Shown here one piece after another: positions 40,134-50,197 of a stretch of DNA of 64,000 nt. Source of the DNA: an uncultured delta proteobacterium. GTDB taxonomy: Bacteria > Myxococcota_A > UBA9160 > SMWR01. Location: NCBI GenBank assembly GCA_963832165.1, contig CAWHTE010000004.1:512001-576000 (forward strand), in the 5' to 3' direction. How positions within the stretch are numbered: position 1 is the first letter of the stretch; every line of letters starts with the position of its first letter. The translations under genes were made by a program, and so were the position numbers. Below the pieces are notes generated by a model. It searched no databases and was not told the origin of the DNA. It worked only from the letters and a program-made list of their open reading frames with translations.

Positions 40134-42005
40134 ATGGCTCGAAATGCGGTAGCGGGCGCTGCGGTGGTCTGCGCGGTTCTGCTGGCGGGTTGCGGCAACG
40201 GCTGGACGTCGCTCGGCACGCGCTCGAGCCAGACCCAAGCCAACATTGCGGTCGCGGCCGATCCCGACGCGGCGTGGAGCGACTACGATCCGCCCGCGCT
40301 CTATCCCGGTGGCGTCACCCAGAGCAATGTCGTCTTGACGATGGATGATGGCGTCGGGATCTCCCTTGACGTCACGCGACCGGCGACGCAGGAGATCGAA
40401 GCGCTGCCGACGCTCGTGACGTTCACGCCCTACAACAAGAACCTCGGCAACATCGTGCCGCTCGGCGGCGCCGTGAACCCGTACTTCGTGACTCACGGCT
40501 ACAACCAGGTGTTCATCGACGTGCGGGGAACGGGGCGATCGGAAGGCAGCTGGGATCCGTTCAGCGCGCGCGAGCAGCTCGACTATCCCCAGGTGCTCGA
40601 CTGGATCGTCGAGCAGCCGTGGAGCAACGGCGTGATCGGAATGTGGGGCCTGTCGGCCACCGCAACCACGGCGATGCTCGCGGCGGGGCAGAACCATCCT
40701 GCGATCCAATCGGTGTTCGCGGTCGTGCCGATGGGCGACGTCTACCGCGACGTGGTGTTCGTGGGCGGGCAGGCCAGCATCGCCTTCCTGCCGGCCTGGA
40801 TGTCGGTGGTGGCGCTCGTGGCCACGCTGAATCCGAGCTTCTACGACCAGCCCGAGCAGTACCTCGCGGCGGTGGCCGACCATCTCGCGGGTGCCAACGA
40901 TTTCATCGTGCCGCGCACGGTCGGCGTTCTCACGCAGGAACCGGGAACCGCGTACGACAACGACTACTGGGGCGTCAAGTCGCCGCTCGAAGTCGCAGCG
41001 GAGGTGCGCGTTCCGACCTTCATCGTGGGCGGCCTGTTCGACATCTTCCAGCGCAGCGAGCCGCTCAACTACGAAGCGATCAAGAACCAGACGATCGCGA
41101 AGCTCCTGATCGGTCCCTGGGACCACCTGCAGGCCGCGGACGGCGCAGGACTGCCGCTCGACGGCGTGCCGCCGCTGGATCGCATCGCGCTGCGCTGGTT
41201 CGATCGCTACCTCAAGGGGGTCGACAACGGAGCCGACGGTCTGCCCAACGTCACGCAATGGGTCTGGGGCCACGAGCACTTCGAGATCAGCCCCGACTGG
41301 CCGCATCCCGAGGCGCGCGCGCGGCGCTATTTCCTCCAGAGCGGAGGTCGCCTCGACATGGCATCGCCCGCGGTGGGCGCGCCGCCGAGCCTGGTCGTGC
41401 AGCAGCCCTTCAACGGCATCTGCTCGGAGAGCAGCCTGCAGATCTCGCTAGGTCTGCTGGGATACGCTCCGCTGCCGTGCTGGTACGAGAACAATCTCGC
41501 GCAGCTGCTCGAAGTCACGTTCGACACGCCGATCCTCGAGGAGGATCTCTACATCAATGGTCCGATCCAGGCCGACATCTGGATGTCCACCACGGCGCAG
41601 AACGCCGGCCTCGTGGTGCGCGTCTCCGATCTCGAGCCCGACGGCAGCGCCGTGGCGCTGACCAGCGGCGTGCACACCGCGTCGCTGCGCGCCGTGGACG
41701 AGAGCAAGTCGCGCTATCTGGACTTCGAGATGATCCAGCCGTGGCATCCGTACACGGTGGAATCCGAACAGCCCATCGGCATCGGAAACATCGTCAAGGT
41801 GCCCGTGGAGATCTTCACCACGAGCGCGCTGATCAAGAAGGGTCATCGCCTGCGCATCTCCGTGGGTGCGAGCAACTTCCCGTTCGGCATGATGCCGCTG
41901 CCCAACCTGCTGAACTCGCTGGCCGGCCTCATGACGATCTACAGCGATGCGCAGCACGCTTCGAGCGTCGTGCTGCCCGTGGTACCGGCGAGCGCGCTCC
42001 AGTAG
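40134..42005 (+). CDS. CocE/NonD (S15-like) hydrolase, lipoprotein
   Basis: LAGC lipobox, TPYNK, DVRGTGRSEG, GMWGLSA (nucleophile Ser), GLFDIF, IGPWDH. Confidence 0.85.
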   Translation: MARNAVAGAAVVCAVLLAGCGNGWTSLGTRSSQTQANIAVAADPDAAWSDYDPPALYPGGVTQSNVVLTMDDGVGISLDVTRPATQEIEALPTLVTFTPYNKNLGNIVPLGGAVNPYFVTHGYNQVFIDVRGTGRSEGSWDPFSAREQLDYPQVLDWIVEQPWSNGVIGMWGLSATATTAMLAAGQNHPAIQSVFAVVPMGDVYRDVVFVGGQASIAFLPAWMSVVALVATLNPSFYDQPEQYLAAVADHLAGANDFIVPRTVGVLTQEPGTAYDNDYWGVKSPLEVAAEVRVPTFIVGGLFDIFQRSEPLNYEAIKNQTIAKLLIGPWDHLQAADGAGLPLDGVPPLDRIALRWFDRYLKGVDNGADGLPNVTQWVWGHEHFEISPDWPHPEARARRYFLQSGGRLDMASPAVGAPPSLVVQQPFNGICSESSLQISLGLLGYAPLPCWYENNLAQLLEVTFDTPILEEDLYINGPIQADIWMSTTAQNAGLVVRVSDLEPDGSAVALTSGVHTASLRAVDESKSRYLDFEMIQPWHPYTVESEQPIGIGNIVKVPVEIFTTSALIKKGHRLRISVGASNFPFGMMPLPNLLNSLAGLMTIYSDAQHASSVVLPVVPASALQ

Positions 42006-42060
42006 CGATCAGGTCCGCAGCCGGCGCGCAGCGCACAGCTGCAAGGGCCTCAGCGAACGC

Positions 42061-42432
42061 TCAGCAATAGTGCTCGACCGCCGCGAACAGCTTCGCGGGG
42101 TCGATCGGCTTCGGGAGCAGGGGAAGCCGGAGCGACGTCGCGCGCGCCATCGCTCCCATGTCCGCCGTCACCACCACCACGGGAATGGAGGCGAGCTCGC
42201 GGTCGGCGAGCATCTCATCGCGAACGTCCCAGCCATTCTTCACGGGCATCATGATGTCGAGAAGGATCAGGCAGGGCCGATCGCCGCCTCGCAGGCGGTC
42301 GAGCGCTTCCTGCCCATTCCGCGACACGACCGGATGGTAGCCGCGAAGACCGAGCAGCTCCGAGAGTGCTTCCGCGGTATCCGCGTCGTCCTCGACCACC
42401 AGCACGAGATCTGAATCGATATTCGTCATCAT
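42061..42432 (-). CDS. Single-domain response regulator
   Basis: VLVVEDD, LILLDIMMP, VVVTA, LPKP. Confidence 0.88.
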   Translation of the reverse strand: MMTNIDSDLVLVVEDDADTAEALSELLGLRGYHPVVSRNGQEALDRLRGGDRPCLILLDIMMPVKNGWDVRDEMLADRELASIPVVVVTADMGAMARATSLRLPLLPKPIDPAKLFAAVEHYC

Positions 42433-43619
42433 TCGCTGTCCTGTTCCGAAGCCTTCGCTCCATTCGTATCGGTGCCGAGGGGCAGCTCCACCGTGAAAGT
42501 CGAGCCGGCCCCCACGACGCTGTCGAGCGCCACCACCCCGCTATGAGCGCGAACCAGGCGGTCCACGACGTAGAGTCCGAGGCCGAGCCCCGCGGTGTCG
42601 CGCGAAACGGCGCCGCGATTGAATCGATCGAAGATAGTTTCCCACTGGTCGCGGGGGATGCCGATGCCCTGATCGCACACGGCCACGCGCGCCCGGTCGC
42701 CCTTTGTGTCGACGATCACGTCGATAGGCCGTCCGCAGCCGTACTTGAGCGCGTTGGTGAGCAGGTTGGTGACGATCTGGCCGATGCGCAACGGATCCCA
42801 GACACCCCGAAGGTGCGCTGGCGCCGAGACGCGGATCTCCGTTCGGACCCGCTCCGCGTCGGGTCGGTAGGTCGCGACGATCTCGTTCACGACCGCCACG
42901 AGATCCATCGGCTCGGGCTTGATCAACAACCTGCCCGTGGCGAGGCGTGAGACGTCGAGAAGCCTTTCGATCAGATCGTTCAGGCGTGCCCCCTGCCGCA
43001 CGATGCTCGCGACTCTCTCGAGCAGCCCGGCCGGCATCGAGGTGCCGATGACAGCCTCGCTGCGGAGCACGACGTCCAATCCCGCAGCGTGCAACATGAG
43101 GGCATTCAGCGGAGTCCGCAGTTCGTGAGAGGCGATCGAAAGAAATTCGTCGCGGAGCCGAAGCGCGGTCTCGGCTCGAGCGAGCTTGAGTCGTTCTTCC
43201 TCGGCTTGCCGCCGCTCGGTCAGGTCCCGCGTGACCTTCGCGAGGCCGAGGAGATTGCCGCTGTCGTCGCGAACGGCTGTCAGGACCACATTCGCCCAGA
43301 ACAGCGAGCCGTCGCTCCGGACCCGCCAACCTTCATCTTCGATTCTTCCCCGCGCGATCGCGAGCTCGATCTCCCGATCGGGCTTGCCCGCAGCGACGTC
43401 CTCGGCGAGGTAGAACGTCGACAAGTGCCTGCCGATGATCTCGTGCGCGCGATAGCCCTTGAGGCGCTCCGCTCCGGGATTCCAGGTCGTCACGATTCCG
43501 GATGCATCGAGCATGAAAATGGCGTAGTCCACCACGCTGTCGACGAGCAACTGAAAGATGCCGGGCGCGGCGGTGTTCGCGGCCGGATCCGCCCCATCTG
43601 ACTGGTTGTCCTCGACCAT
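42429..43619 (-). CDS. Cytoplasmic PAS-domain sensor histidine kinase
   Basis: DYAIFMLD..G..TWNPGAERLKGY (PAS), ASHELRTPL, NLLTNALKY, DQGIG, GLGLGL. Confidence 0.9.
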   Translation of the reverse strand: MVEDNQSDGADPAANTAAPGIFQLLVDSVVDYAIFMLDASGIVTTWNPGAERLKGYRAHEIIGRHLSTFYLAEDVAAGKPDREIELAIARGRIEDEGWRVRSDGSLFWANVVLTAVRDDSGNLLGLAKVTRDLTERRQAEEERLKLARAETALRLRDEFLSIASHELRTPLNALMLHAAGLDVVLRSEAVIGTSMPAGLLERVASIVRQGARLNDLIERLLDVSRLATGRLLIKPEPMDLVAVVNEIVATYRPDAERVRTEIRVSAPAHLRGVWDPLRIGQIVTNLLTNALKYGCGRPIDVIVDTKGDRARVAVCDQGIGIPRDQWETIFDRFNRGAVSRDTAGLGLGLYVVDRLVRAHSGVVALDSVVGAGSTFTVELPLGTDTNGAKASEQDSE

Positions 43620-43680
43620 ATCTCCAACCGCTTCAACCGTCGGCCCGGAGAAATTTCGACGGGCTAATCACATGCGACGG

Positions 43681-43696
43681 GCGAAGGGAGTGCCAG
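43681..43696 (-). promoter_or_regulatory. Possible sigma-54 promoter for the PAS kinase/RR pair
   Basis: Minus strand CTGGCACTCCCTTCGC has TGGCAC and GG-N10-GC spacing, about 60 nt upstream of the ATG. Confidence 0.4.
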
Positions 43697-43710
43697 AGTC
43701 TGCCTCATTG

Positions 43711-46008
43711 CTACGACGGCGCGCCGGGGTAGGGCGCCCGGCGGGAGCTCTGGCGCGCCGCACACGCGGCCACTGCGATCGCTCCTGCGGCCAACGCCCA
43801 CGGGAGCGCGGGCTCGGGCAGGGCGCCACCGCAGGAAGCTCCTCCCTGCGCGGCGAAACCGCTCGCAAGGATGTTGCGCGAGGAGCGGCCCACCATCACC
43901 TCATAGCATCCCGGCGCCACCGACCAGTCGTGCGCCGAAGTGTTCCAGTACGAGAATGCGCGTCGGTCGAGCGAGATGCGCGCGCGCGTGGTCTCGCCGG
44001 GCGCGAGCGCGACCTTGGCGAAGCCGCGCAGCACCTTCGGCGGCTGCGCGACCGGCGAGTTGCTCGGAAAGCCGAGATAGACCTGCACGACGTCGACACC
44101 CGCGCGCGCACCCGTGTTGGTCACGTCGACCTCCACGACGGCGCCGTCGCCCTCGGGTGTGATCGCGAGATCCGCGTATGCGAACGAGGTGTACGAGAGG
44201 CCGTGTCCGAACGCGTACGCAGGCTCGATCTCGTTGGCGTCGAACCAGCGATACCCGACCAGCAGACCTTCCTTGTAGACGACCCGTTCGAGCAGGCCGG
44301 GATACTTCTCGAGGTCGTTCGCGGTCGGCAGGTCGCCGTCGTGTTTCGGGAACGTAACCGGAAGCCGCCCGCCCGGATCGACGTCGCCGAAGAGCACGCG
44401 CGCGATGGCGGTTCCCGCGCCGACGCCGGGGATCCACGCCTCGACGATCGCGTTCACGTCGTCGCGCCACGGCGTGAGTACGGGTCCGCCGGTCTCGAGC
44501 ACGACGACCGTGTTCGGATTGACCTCGGCGACGGCCTCGATCAGGTGGTCCTGAAGCGGCGGCGGCAGGAACCCGCAGTCGAGGTGCAGGCACGGCTTGT
44601 CGGCGCCCTCGCCCGAGGTGTCGGCGACGAACACGAGCGCGACGTCGGCGCTCGCGGCGACCGCCGCGGCGGCGGCGCGGTCGTCGCCGGGGTGATAGAC
44701 GACTTCGATGCCCGCGGCGGCGGCGCGATCGCGGATCCCCGAGAGCGGCGTGATCGAGTAGCCCGGGAATGGCGTGATGCCCGCGGAGCCCGTGCGGGCC
44801 TGGAAGGTGTCCGCGACCGCGCCGATCACGGCGATCCTGGCGACGCCGGTACCGATCGGCAGCGCGCCGCGGTTCTCGAGCAGCGTGATCGCCTGCTCCT
44901 CGATGTCGCTCGCGATCTGGAGGTGGCCCGCCTTGTCGATCTGGTCGTCGTCGTCGACATAACCGTCTCGATCGAAGGCACCGTAGGCGAAGTGCGTTCG
45001 GAGGATCCACCCGACATGGGAGTCGACCGTGGTCGGGCTGGCGAGTCCCGCGAGCAGCGCGAGGTTCACCTGCAGCGGCGAGTACGAAATGCCGGGCCAC
45101 GGCTCGAAGTCGAGGCCGTTCTCGAGCGATCTCGCAGTGCCGTCCGGGTGGGCCGCGAGGTAATCGGAGAGCACGTAACCCTCGAATCCCCAGTCGTCGC
45201 GGAGCACGTGCTCGAGCAACCACTCGTTCTCGCACGCGTAGGCGCCGTTCAGGCGGTTGTACGAGCACATCACCGAGCCCACGTTCGCCTCGCGCACCGC
45301 CGCTTCGAACGCGGGCAGATAGACCTCGCGCAGCGTCCGCTCGTCGACCACGGCGTCGACCGTGAGGCGATTGCCGATCACGCCGACGCCGAGCGGGAGT
45401 CCGGGCAGCGAGAGCCCGACGCCCTCCTGGTTGTTGGCCGCGTAGTGCTTGACGCAGCCGATCACGCCCTGTGCCTGCGCACCGCGGATCCACCCGACGC
45501 CGATCCGGCTCACCAGGAACGGATCTTCGCCGTACCCCTCGAAGGTCCGCCCGCCGAGCGGCGTGCGCATGATGTTGATGGTCGGCGCGAACACGACGTC
45601 GTTGCCTTTCTTCTTCACCTCGTCGGCGATCACCGCGCCGTAGAGCTCGGCGGTGATGGGATCCCAGGTCGCAGCGAGGCCGATCGGCGCGGGCATCGCC
45701 GTGGCCGTGCGCTGGCGCGAGCCCATCGGGCCGTCGCCGTAGTAGATCGTCGGCAGCTCGACGCGCGCGACGCCGTTGCTGGTTCCCGTATGGGTCTGCC
45801 CCGAGGCGCCGAACAGGTCGTCGCCCGCGAGCAGCGACACCTTCTCTTCCATCGTGAGCGCGTCGAGCAGCAGCGCGGCGCGCTCGTCCGCGCTGAGCGC
45901 GGTGTCGCACCACGGATGGTCGCCGCAGCGGCCGGCGGCTGGCGCCTCGTGAGCGCAGAGCAGCACGGCCGCGACCACGCCGGCCGTGCCGATCCAGAGC
46001 CTCTTCAT
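43711..46008 (-). CDS. Secreted GH3 beta-glucosidase with PEP-CTERM-like tail
   Basis: Signal peptide; GDGPMG, GRTFEGYGEDP, KHYAANNQE, MCSYN, VLSDY (nucleophile Asp), Fn3-like domain; tail LPEPALPWALAAGAIAVAACAARQSSRR. Confidence 0.88.
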   Translation of the reverse strand: MKRLWIGTAGVVAAVLLCAHEAPAAGRCGDHPWCDTALSADERAALLLDALTMEEKVSLLAGDDLFGASGQTHTGTSNGVARVELPTIYYGDGPMGSRQRTATAMPAPIGLAATWDPITAELYGAVIADEVKKKGNDVVFAPTINIMRTPLGGRTFEGYGEDPFLVSRIGVGWIRGAQAQGVIGCVKHYAANNQEGVGLSLPGLPLGVGVIGNRLTVDAVVDERTLREVYLPAFEAAVREANVGSVMCSYNRLNGAYACENEWLLEHVLRDDWGFEGYVLSDYLAAHPDGTARSLENGLDFEPWPGISYSPLQVNLALLAGLASPTTVDSHVGWILRTHFAYGAFDRDGYVDDDDQIDKAGHLQIASDIEEQAITLLENRGALPIGTGVARIAVIGAVADTFQARTGSAGITPFPGYSITPLSGIRDRAAAAGIEVVYHPGDDRAAAAAVAASADVALVFVADTSGEGADKPCLHLDCGFLPPPLQDHLIEAVAEVNPNTVVVLETGGPVLTPWRDDVNAIVEAWIPGVGAGTAIARVLFGDVDPGGRLPVTFPKHDGDLPTANDLEKYPGLLERVVYKEGLLVGYRWFDANEIEPAYAFGHGLSYTSFAYADLAITPEGDGAVVEVDVTNTGARAGVDVVQVYLGFPSNSPVAQPPKVLRGFAKVALAPGETTRARISLDRRAFSYWNTSAHDWSVAPGCYEVMVGRSSRNILASGFAAQGGASCGGALPEPALPWALAAGAIAVAACAARQSSRRAPYPGAPS

Positions 46009-46043
46009 GAGTGGCCCATCTCACCACGCGGCGGCGCGCCGCG

Positions 46044-48227
46044 TCAATCGCGAACGCGGATCCGGACCTGCGGCGCCTTCTCATCGCGCTCGTGGCGCGC
46101 GGCGATCAGCTCGTAGGCGATTGGTTCGACGATGAAATCATCGTGGGCCTCGTCGAAGTAGGCGAGCGAGCGGACCGCCAGCGCGATCTCCGCGATCCGC
46201 GTTTCGCCCGCGGGCACACAGACGCGCGTGAATCCGCGCAGCTCGCGCGGAGCGCGCTCGATCGCGGAGTCGATCGGCTCGGCGTAGAGCTGCACGATCT
46301 CGTCGACGTCGCGGTCGCCCGTGTTCTGAAGCGTCACGCTCACCGTGACCGTGTCGCCCGGCAAGACGTCACTGCGATCGACGGTCGCGGAGTGATAGGC
46401 GACCTCGCTGTACGAGAGTCCGAAGCCGAACGGGAAGGCCGGAGCGGATCCGTCGCGGTCGAGCTTGCGGTAGCCATGCCAGAGGTCGTAGGTGATGCGC
46501 CGCGCGTTGCGGTCGAAGTACGGCAGGTGGAGGGCGTCCGTGGGTGTGGCAAACGGCATCCTCCCGCTCGGCGAGACGTTCCCGAACAGCACGTCGGCGA
46601 GCGCGTGGCCTCCCTCCATGCCCGGATACCAGAGCATGAGGATCGCGGGCACGTCGCGGCGCCACGATTCCATGATCACGGCGCTGCCCGCCATCACGCA
46701 CACGACCGTGCGCGGGTTGGCCGAGGCGACCGCGCGGATCAGCGCCTCGTCCGCGGCCGGCAGCGAGAGCGATGCGCGGTCGCCGCCCACGCCCGGGTCG
46801 AATCCCACGGAGCTCTTGGGCCGGTGCGAGCGCGCGCCGAGCTTTGCGAGCGCGGCGAAGATGCGCGCCCAGAGCGGCCGCATGAAGCGCGGTGCGAACA
46901 GCCAGCGCAGCGGACCCGGCCGCGGAACGCCGTGCGCGAACGGCGCGAAGTCGGGCGGGAGCAGGTACTCGCCTTCGTCGCGATAGGTGTAGCCCGCGAT
47001 CACCACGGCAACGTCGCAGCGCGCAGCGAGCGCGCGCGCCGCGTCGAGCGACTCCCCCGGATCGTGGTGGACTTCACCGCCCGCTCCGATCGCCGCACGC
47101 AGGCCGTCGAGCGGCGTCACGACGTCGGCCGGGCGCGTGTCGCTCGAGCCGTGGTCGCCGAGATTCGGCGTCGCCGCGAGCCGCCCGATCAGCGCGATGC
47201 GCGCGGTGGCGTGCAGCGGCAGCACGCCGCCGTCATTCTGCAGCAGCACGATCGACTTCACGGCCGCCTCGCGCGCGAGCGCGCGATGCTGCGCGCAGCC
47301 GAGCACCGAGCGCGGCACGTTGCGGGGCTGCCCGAGCCGCCGGGATTGCGTGAGGATCCGGCGCGCGGCGTCGTCGATCCGCGCGAGCGGCACGTCGCCC
47401 GACGCGATGCAGCGCGCGAGATCGGTGTGGAAGTGCATCTGGAACGGCATCTCGAGATCCTGGCCCGCGAGGATCGCTCTCGCGGCGTCGCGCATCCCCA
47501 TCACGAAGTCGGTCAGCACGAAGCCCGCGAAGCCCCAGCGCCGCTTCAGCACGTCCGTGAGCAGCGCGCGGCTCTGTCCGCACCACTCGCCGTTCACGCT
47601 GTTGTACGCGCTCATCACCGCGGCCACTCCGGCGTCGACGACCTGCTTGAAGTGCGGCAGGTAGATCTCGTGGAGCGCGCGCGGCGAGATCTGCACGTCT
47701 ACCGAGAATCGCGCGTTCTCCATCGAGTTGAGCGCGAAGTGCTTGACGCACGCCATCGCGTGGCGCTGGACGCCGCGCGTGAGTGCGGCCCCGAGCGCGC
47801 CGAGCAGAACCGGGTCTTCGCCGTAGGTCTCCTGTGCCCGTCCCCACGCCGGATGGCGCAGCAGGTTGATGCACACGCCGCCATAGAGATTCGCGCCGAG
47901 CGCCTGGAGCTCCTGGCCGATCGCATCGCCGATCCGCTCTTCGAGATCCGCGTCCCAGGTGGCTCCGCGCGCCATCGTCACGGGGAAGGTCGTCGCGCCG
48001 CCCTCGAGCACGACGCCGCGCGGGCCGTCCGAGAAGCGCACGCCGTGGATGCCCAGCCGCGGGAGCACGCCCGCATTCCAGGGATGGCGGTGGTAGCCGC
48101 CGTTCATCATCTCGCGAGTGCCGCTCCAGAATGGCCAATCGCCGTCGAGCACGAAGAGCTTCTCTTCGAGCGTGAGCGCTGCGAGCAGCCGCAGGGTCTC
48201 CGGGTCGGCGCCGGATGCGGCGGTCAC
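46044..48227 (-). CDS. Cytoplasmic GH3 beta-glucosidase
   Basis: GTG start overlaps the upstream TGA; SDGPRG, WGRAQETYGEDP, KHFALN, MSAYN, VLTDF. Confidence 0.88.
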   Translation of the reverse strand: MTAASGADPETLRLLAALTLEEKLFVLDGDWPFWSGTREMMNGGYHRHPWNAGVLPRLGIHGVRFSDGPRGVVLEGGATTFPVTMARGATWDADLEERIGDAIGQELQALGANLYGGVCINLLRHPAWGRAQETYGEDPVLLGALGAALTRGVQRHAMACVKHFALNSMENARFSVDVQISPRALHEIYLPHFKQVVDAGVAAVMSAYNSVNGEWCGQSRALLTDVLKRRWGFAGFVLTDFVMGMRDAARAILAGQDLEMPFQMHFHTDLARCIASGDVPLARIDDAARRILTQSRRLGQPRNVPRSVLGCAQHRALAREAAVKSIVLLQNDGGVLPLHATARIALIGRLAATPNLGDHGSSDTRPADVVTPLDGLRAAIGAGGEVHHDPGESLDAARALAARCDVAVVIAGYTYRDEGEYLLPPDFAPFAHGVPRPGPLRWLFAPRFMRPLWARIFAALAKLGARSHRPKSSVGFDPGVGGDRASLSLPAADEALIRAVASANPRTVVCVMAGSAVIMESWRRDVPAILMLWYPGMEGGHALADVLFGNVSPSGRMPFATPTDALHLPYFDRNARRITYDLWHGYRKLDRDGSAPAFPFGFGLSYSEVAYHSATVDRSDVLPGDTVTVSVTLQNTGDRDVDEIVQLYAEPIDSAIERAPRELRGFTRVCVPAGETRIAEIALAVRSLAYFDEAHDDFIVEPIAYELIAARHERDEKAPQVRIRVRD

Positions 48228-49354
48228 GGGCTGCTCTTCGCGAGCGAGTCGAACGCGGCGCGCATTTCGGGTCCGGCTTCGAGCATGCGTTCGGCGAGCC
48301 GCAGCTGGGCGCGCGAGCGGTCGAGATTGTGGCCCGCGCGCGTGATCCGGAAATAGCGGTCGCCTTCGAGGTGGTCGGTCAGGAAGCGCACGCCGTTCTC
48401 GAGCGCCATGAGCGGCCCCGCGAACGCGAGCGCGCGGATCTCGTCGGCGTCGAGCAGCCCGCGTGTTCCCGCGACGAAGCCCGATGCGAGCGCGTGGAAC
48501 AGCGCCGGGTCGACGCGCACGCGATCGAGGTCGCGCTCGTCCTCCGCAGCCGGGCACGCTCCTGTGCGAGCGAGCTCGCCGAAGTCGAAGAGCACCGTGC
48601 CCGGCATCACCGTGTCGAGGTCGACCACGCAGAGCGCCTCGCCCGTGACGTCGTCGAAGAGCAGGTTGTTGAGCTTGCAGTCGTTGTGCACGACGCGGCG
48701 GGGCAGGGCGCCCGGCGCGAGCTCGGGTGCGCCGAGCACGCGGTCCACCGCGCGGCGTGCGGCGCCGAGCTCGGGCGCGACGTCCGCGGCTCGGCCGAGC
48801 TCGTCTCGCGCGGCGGCGCTCTCGAGTGCGGCGGCCCGGTCCGCGAGATCGTGGAAGCGCGGGATCGTCTCGGCGAGCTGGGCGGGATCGAGGTCGGCGA
48901 GCTCGGCGACGAAGCCGCCGAACGCGCGCGCGGCGGCAGCCGCCTGCTCGGGGGATTCCGGGTTGTCGACGGCGTGTGTGCCCTCGATGAACGGAAACGC
49001 GCGCCAGAAGCCGCCATCGGCGGCCCGGTGCAGCGCGTGGCCCGCGGGCGAGACGACCGGGTCGAGACACCGGCGCGCGACGTCGAGCACACCGCGCGCG
49101 CGCAGCGCGGCGCGCACGTGCGACGTCACGCGTACGATGTTGGCGGCGAGCGCATCGGGATCGCGGAACACCGACGCATTGATCCGCTGCACGACGAAGT
49201 GCTCGCCGATCCCCGCGCTGGAGCGGCACAGCGCGACGATCGTGTCGTGGATGTGCCCGCGCTTGAGCACCTCCGCTGCTTCGAGCGTGCGATCCGGGAG
49301 CAGCTCGAGCAGCGCGCCGCGCAGAATGGCGAGGTCGTCGAGCTCCGCCGTCAC
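48224..49354 (-). CDS. APH-like phosphotransferase (N-acetylhexosamine 1-kinase-like)
   Basis: GHIHDT, VQRIN..VF, ETIPRFHD, HNDCKLNN, VVDLDTVMPG, RFLTDHLEGD.YF. Confidence 0.78.
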   Translation of the reverse strand: MTAELDDLAILRGALLELLPDRTLEAAEVLKRGHIHDTIVALCRSSAGIGEHFVVQRINASVFRDPDALAANIVRVTSHVRAALRARGVLDVARRCLDPVVSPAGHALHRAADGGFWRAFPFIEGTHAVDNPESPEQAAAAARAFGGFVAELADLDPAQLAETIPRFHDLADRAAALESAAARDELGRAADVAPELGAARRAVDRVLGAPELAPGALPRRVVHNDCKLNNLLFDDVTGEALCVVDLDTVMPGTVLFDFGELARTGACPAAEDERDLDRVRVDPALFHALASGFVAGTRGLLDADEIRALAFAGPLMALENGVRFLTDHLEGDRYFRITRAGHNLDRSRAQLRLAERMLEAGPEMRAAFDSLAKSSP

Positions 49355-50145
49355 GCGTCCCCGGAAATCCCCTGCGTGAACAGCGGCACGAGATTGGGGC
49401 CCTTGCGGATCGTGTGGCCGCCGTCGACCGGGATCAGCTGCCCCGTGATCCAGCTCGCCTCGTCCGAGAGCAGGAAGACGACCGCCTTGCCGATGTCGGC
49501 GGGCTCGCCGATGCGCGAGATCGGCATCAGGCGCAGGTACTCGTCGCGCGAGATCGGAATCTCCGAGAGCGCCGCGGCCATCGGCGTGCGCACGACGCCG
49601 GGCAGCACCGAGTTCACGCGCACGTTGTGGGTGCCGAGCTCGTCGGCGGCGCAGCGCGTGAGCATGTCGAGGCCGGCCTTCGACGCGCAGTACGGGCTCA
49701 TCCACGGGTGCGTGAGCGCGCCCGCAATCGAGCTGATGTTCACGATGCTGCCGCCACCCGCCGCGATCATCGCCTTCGCCTCCGCGCGCAGGCAGCGGAA
49801 CGCGCCCGTGAGGTTGGTCGCCATCACGCGCTCGAACTCGGCCGTGGAGATCTCCGTGATCGGCCCGGCCGTGCCCGTACCCGCGGAGTTCACGGCGAGG
49901 TGGAGTGCGCCGAAGCGCTCGACGGTCGCGGCGACCGCGGCGTCGACGGAGGCGTCATCGGTGATGTCGCACGCGACCCACGCCGCGCGGTCGCCCAGGC
50001 GCTTCGCGGCCTCGATCAGCGTGTCCTCGCGGCGCGCGCAGATCATCACGCGCCCGCCCGCATTCACGATCTCCTGGGCGCAGCCGAAGCCGATTCCCGT
50101 GGCGCCCGCGGTGACGAACGCGACCTTTCCCTCGAGATCCGCCAT
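49351..50145 (-). CDS. SDR oxidoreductase
   Basis: TAGATGIG, NISS, YCASK. Confidence 0.88.
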   Translation of the reverse strand: MADLEGKVAFVTAGATGIGFGCAQEIVNAGGRVMICARREDTLIEAAKRLGDRAAWVACDITDDASVDAAVAATVERFGALHLAVNSAGTGTAGPITEISTAEFERVMATNLTGAFRCLRAEAKAMIAAGGGSIVNISSIAGALTHPWMSPYCASKAGLDMLTRCAADELGTHNVRVNSVLPGVVRTPMAAALSEIPISRDEYLRLMPISRIGEPADIGKAVVFLLSDEASWITGQLIPVDGGHTIRKGPNLVPLFTQGISGDA

Positions 50146-50197
50146 CGGTGCTCCTCCTGCTCGCGCGGACGTTATACCTTACGCGCGGAGGACGGTC

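Noticed and set aside
43729..43745. GTAGGGCG as another REP
   Set aside because: Lacks the closing CCGCC stem and lies within the GH3 coding end
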